The position numbers and the translations under genes were made by a program. Positions 61,802-64,000 of a DNA stretch of 64,000 nt are shown one piece after another (positions within the stretch are counted from its first letter, which is position 1; every line of letters starts with the position of its first letter). The notes below the pieces were generated by a model. The model was not told the DNA's origin. It searched no databases and saw only the letters and a list, made by a program, of their open reading frames with translations. The DNA comes from Okamejei kenojei (lineage: Eukaryota), in the NCBI GenBank assembly GCA_035221665.1, contig CM069145.1, positions 46,500,001 to 46,564,000 on the forward strand, written 5' to 3'.

Positions 61802-62530
61802 TTTTTTCTGAGCATTGAGAATTTACATCACCTTCTTTTAACATAAGTACCTACAGTGCCATAATCACCATTGTGGCTACTGTATTTATTGGCCGGTCTA
61901 TCAAAATTATTATAATTAGAAAAGCAAAATGTAGCTATAATAACCTGCAGAAAAATAGCACTGTGGTGTTCCATGTACTATATTGTACATTTTGAAAATT
62001 ACAAATGTATTTATTTTTTGAAAAATTGTTACAGAACTTTATGCTGTTATAGATCTAATGTAAATGTGATTTGTACAGTTTAGTTTGCTAAAATTGATAT
62101 TTTTCACTACATTGAGACAGTTACTGTGAAAAGGCAGGTGCAATTACCAGCAATGCCTATTTTTTAATCGCTGAATCGCACAGCCATCCGTGTCATACCT
62201 TAAGGTATTGCCAAAAGAAGTACACTTTGAAGTTCCTTATAGGCCAGATAATGGATGGATATACTACATGCATTAGCTTTTAATTAACTATTCATTGTAA
62301 CATTAAAACATTTACAGTGTTGTAATTTATTCAAAATGTCATCCTGTTTTGTTATTAGTTATTGTGAATCTTTTGCAAGCAAAATGACTTTTAAAGAAGA
62401 AAGTTGATATTCTATGTAAATACATATAAATATATACATCAATTATGTATTTTTTTAAAGCATAGCTTGCTTCAATTTGTTAAAGTACCTGTGTTATGTG
62501 CTTTATACATTAAAATTCAAAGGGGTTTTA
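61802..62530 (+). promoter_or_regulatory. Probable JMJD1C 3' UTR with candidate poly(A) signals
   Basis: AT-rich, repeat-free sequence after the stop; ATTAAA at 62302 and 62509; TGTAAATA (Pumilio element consensus) at 62415; 3' end not determinable. Confidence 0.6.
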
Positions 62531-62569
62531 CATTTTGAAATACAATTGATTCATCTGTTATCCAAATAT

Positions 62570-63977
62570 AATATAATAATAATTATATATTTTATTGTCA
62601 TTACACATAAGTGCAACGAGATTTGGTTTGAAACTTCCATCCGATGTCATAACTTAATCGACAAATAAAATTTAGGTTTAAATACCCTGAGAACAAGGTT
62701 TGTAAAAATGAACATTAGACCAGTAAAATCAACACAGACTAAAGTGCGAGGCCGGGGGAGACAGTCCATGGGGGTGGGGGGGGGTATTCAGCAGGGCCAG
62801 TTTAAAGCCGCTATAGCTCTGGGAATGAAGCTGTTCCTGAGTCTGGTGGTGCGGGCGTAGAAGGCCTTGTAACGTCTGCCGGAAGAGAGTAGTTCGAACA
62901 GTCCATTACAAGGGTGAGAGGAGTCTTTATGTATGCTAACAGCCTTCCTGAGGCACCGTGTGTGGTAGATGCCCTCCAAGGCTGGTATCGGTGTCCCAAC
63001 AGCGCGCTGAAGAGCTCTCCTCTCCGCCTCCGTGCAGCTGAGATACCACACAGAGATGCCATATGTTAGTATGCTCTCTGTGGTGCAGTGGTAGAAGGTC
63101 CTCAGCAGCTGTTGGGGCAGACCAGTCCATTTCAATGTTCTTAGGAAGAACAGTCGTTGCTGTGCCTTTTTGACCAGCGCAGCGGTGTTGGTGGACCATG
63201 TGAGGTCCTCTGAGATGTGAGTGCCCAGAAACTTGAAGCTGGACACACTCTCCACACTGTCTCCGTAGATGGAGATTGTGGCGTATTCCCCATTCTGTGA
63301 CCTCCTGAAGTCGATAATCAGCCCCTTGGTCTTGGAGGTGTTTAGCGACAAGTTGTTCCGTGAGCACCAGTCTGCCAGGTTCTGCACCTCCGCTCTATAG
63401 TTTGTTTCATCACCGTTGGTGATCAGCCCGATTACCGTTGTGTCGTCTGCAAACTTGACAATGGTGTTGTTGTCAAATGTAGGGACACAGTCGTGAGTGA
63501 AGAGGGAGTAGAGCATGGGGCTCAGTACACAGTCCTGCGGTGTGCCGGTGCTCAGGGTGATAGTGGAGGACAGGTGCGGCCCCAGTCTCACTGCCTGCGG
63601 TCGCTCCGTCAGAAAGTTCAGAATCCAACCGCATATCAGTGAGCTGAGGCCTAGCTGGTGGAGTTTGGTGGTTAGCTTGGTGAGGATGACCGTATTGAAG
63701 GCAGAGCTATGGTCAATGAAGAGCATCCTCACGTAGGTGCCCTGTCTTTCCAGGTGGGTCAGGACAGTGTGAAGAGCCACAGAGATGGCATCCTCTGTGG
63801 ATCTATTTGCCCTGTATGCAAATTGATGAGAGTCCAATGATGCAGGGATGCTGGATTTGATGTGGGAGAGGACCAGCCTTTCAAAGCACTTCATTGGTAT
63901 TGGAGTTAGGGCAACCGGGCGGTAGTCATTCAGGTTGGTGACTTTAGACTTTTTTGGCACCGGCACTATGGCAGCTG
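62570..63977 (-). mobile_element. Rex1/Babar-clade LINE, 5'-truncated, with uninterrupted 392-aa RT frame (62788-63966)
   Basis: [49 protein letters not shown]; TGACAATAAA and AT-rich tail. Confidence 0.93.
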
Positions 63978-64000
63978 TGTTTAATTAATTGGGCAGTGTG

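Overview
Eukaryotic (vertebrate) genomic DNA, AT-rich and repeat-dense. The repeat set (HE1-type V-SINEs, CR1/HER1-type LINEs, Penelope remnants) points to a cartilaginous fish, probably a skate or ray (inference). The window holds the 3' 23 coding exons of a JMJD1C (KDM3C) gene on the + strand, 6515..61801, equivalent to human exons 4-26; exons 1-3 lie upstream of the window. I spliced them by hand: all introns are GT-AG, phases are compatible, and the 6852 nt CDS (2283 aa plus stop) has no internal stop. Several exons are absent from the ORF track, and most ORF-track entries are transposon remnants or noise. Main observation: the gene is intact, but the third Fe(II) ligand of the JmjC domain is Arg (PAGTLRQ, CGT at 57055) instead of His. 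Two other KDM3-family motifs, the CxC after the zinc finger and SPLHWLADLA, are also lost, so this may be a pseudo-enzyme JMJD1C. Introns contain three IR/DR Tc1 elements, PIF/Harbinger and hAT MITEs, CR1, Rex1/Babar, RTE and L1-type LINE pieces, and Penelope remnants with hammerhead-ribozyme cores. Comparisons to human KDM3 proteins are from memory, not from an alignment run; repeat boundaries are approximate unless a TSD or TIR is quoted.
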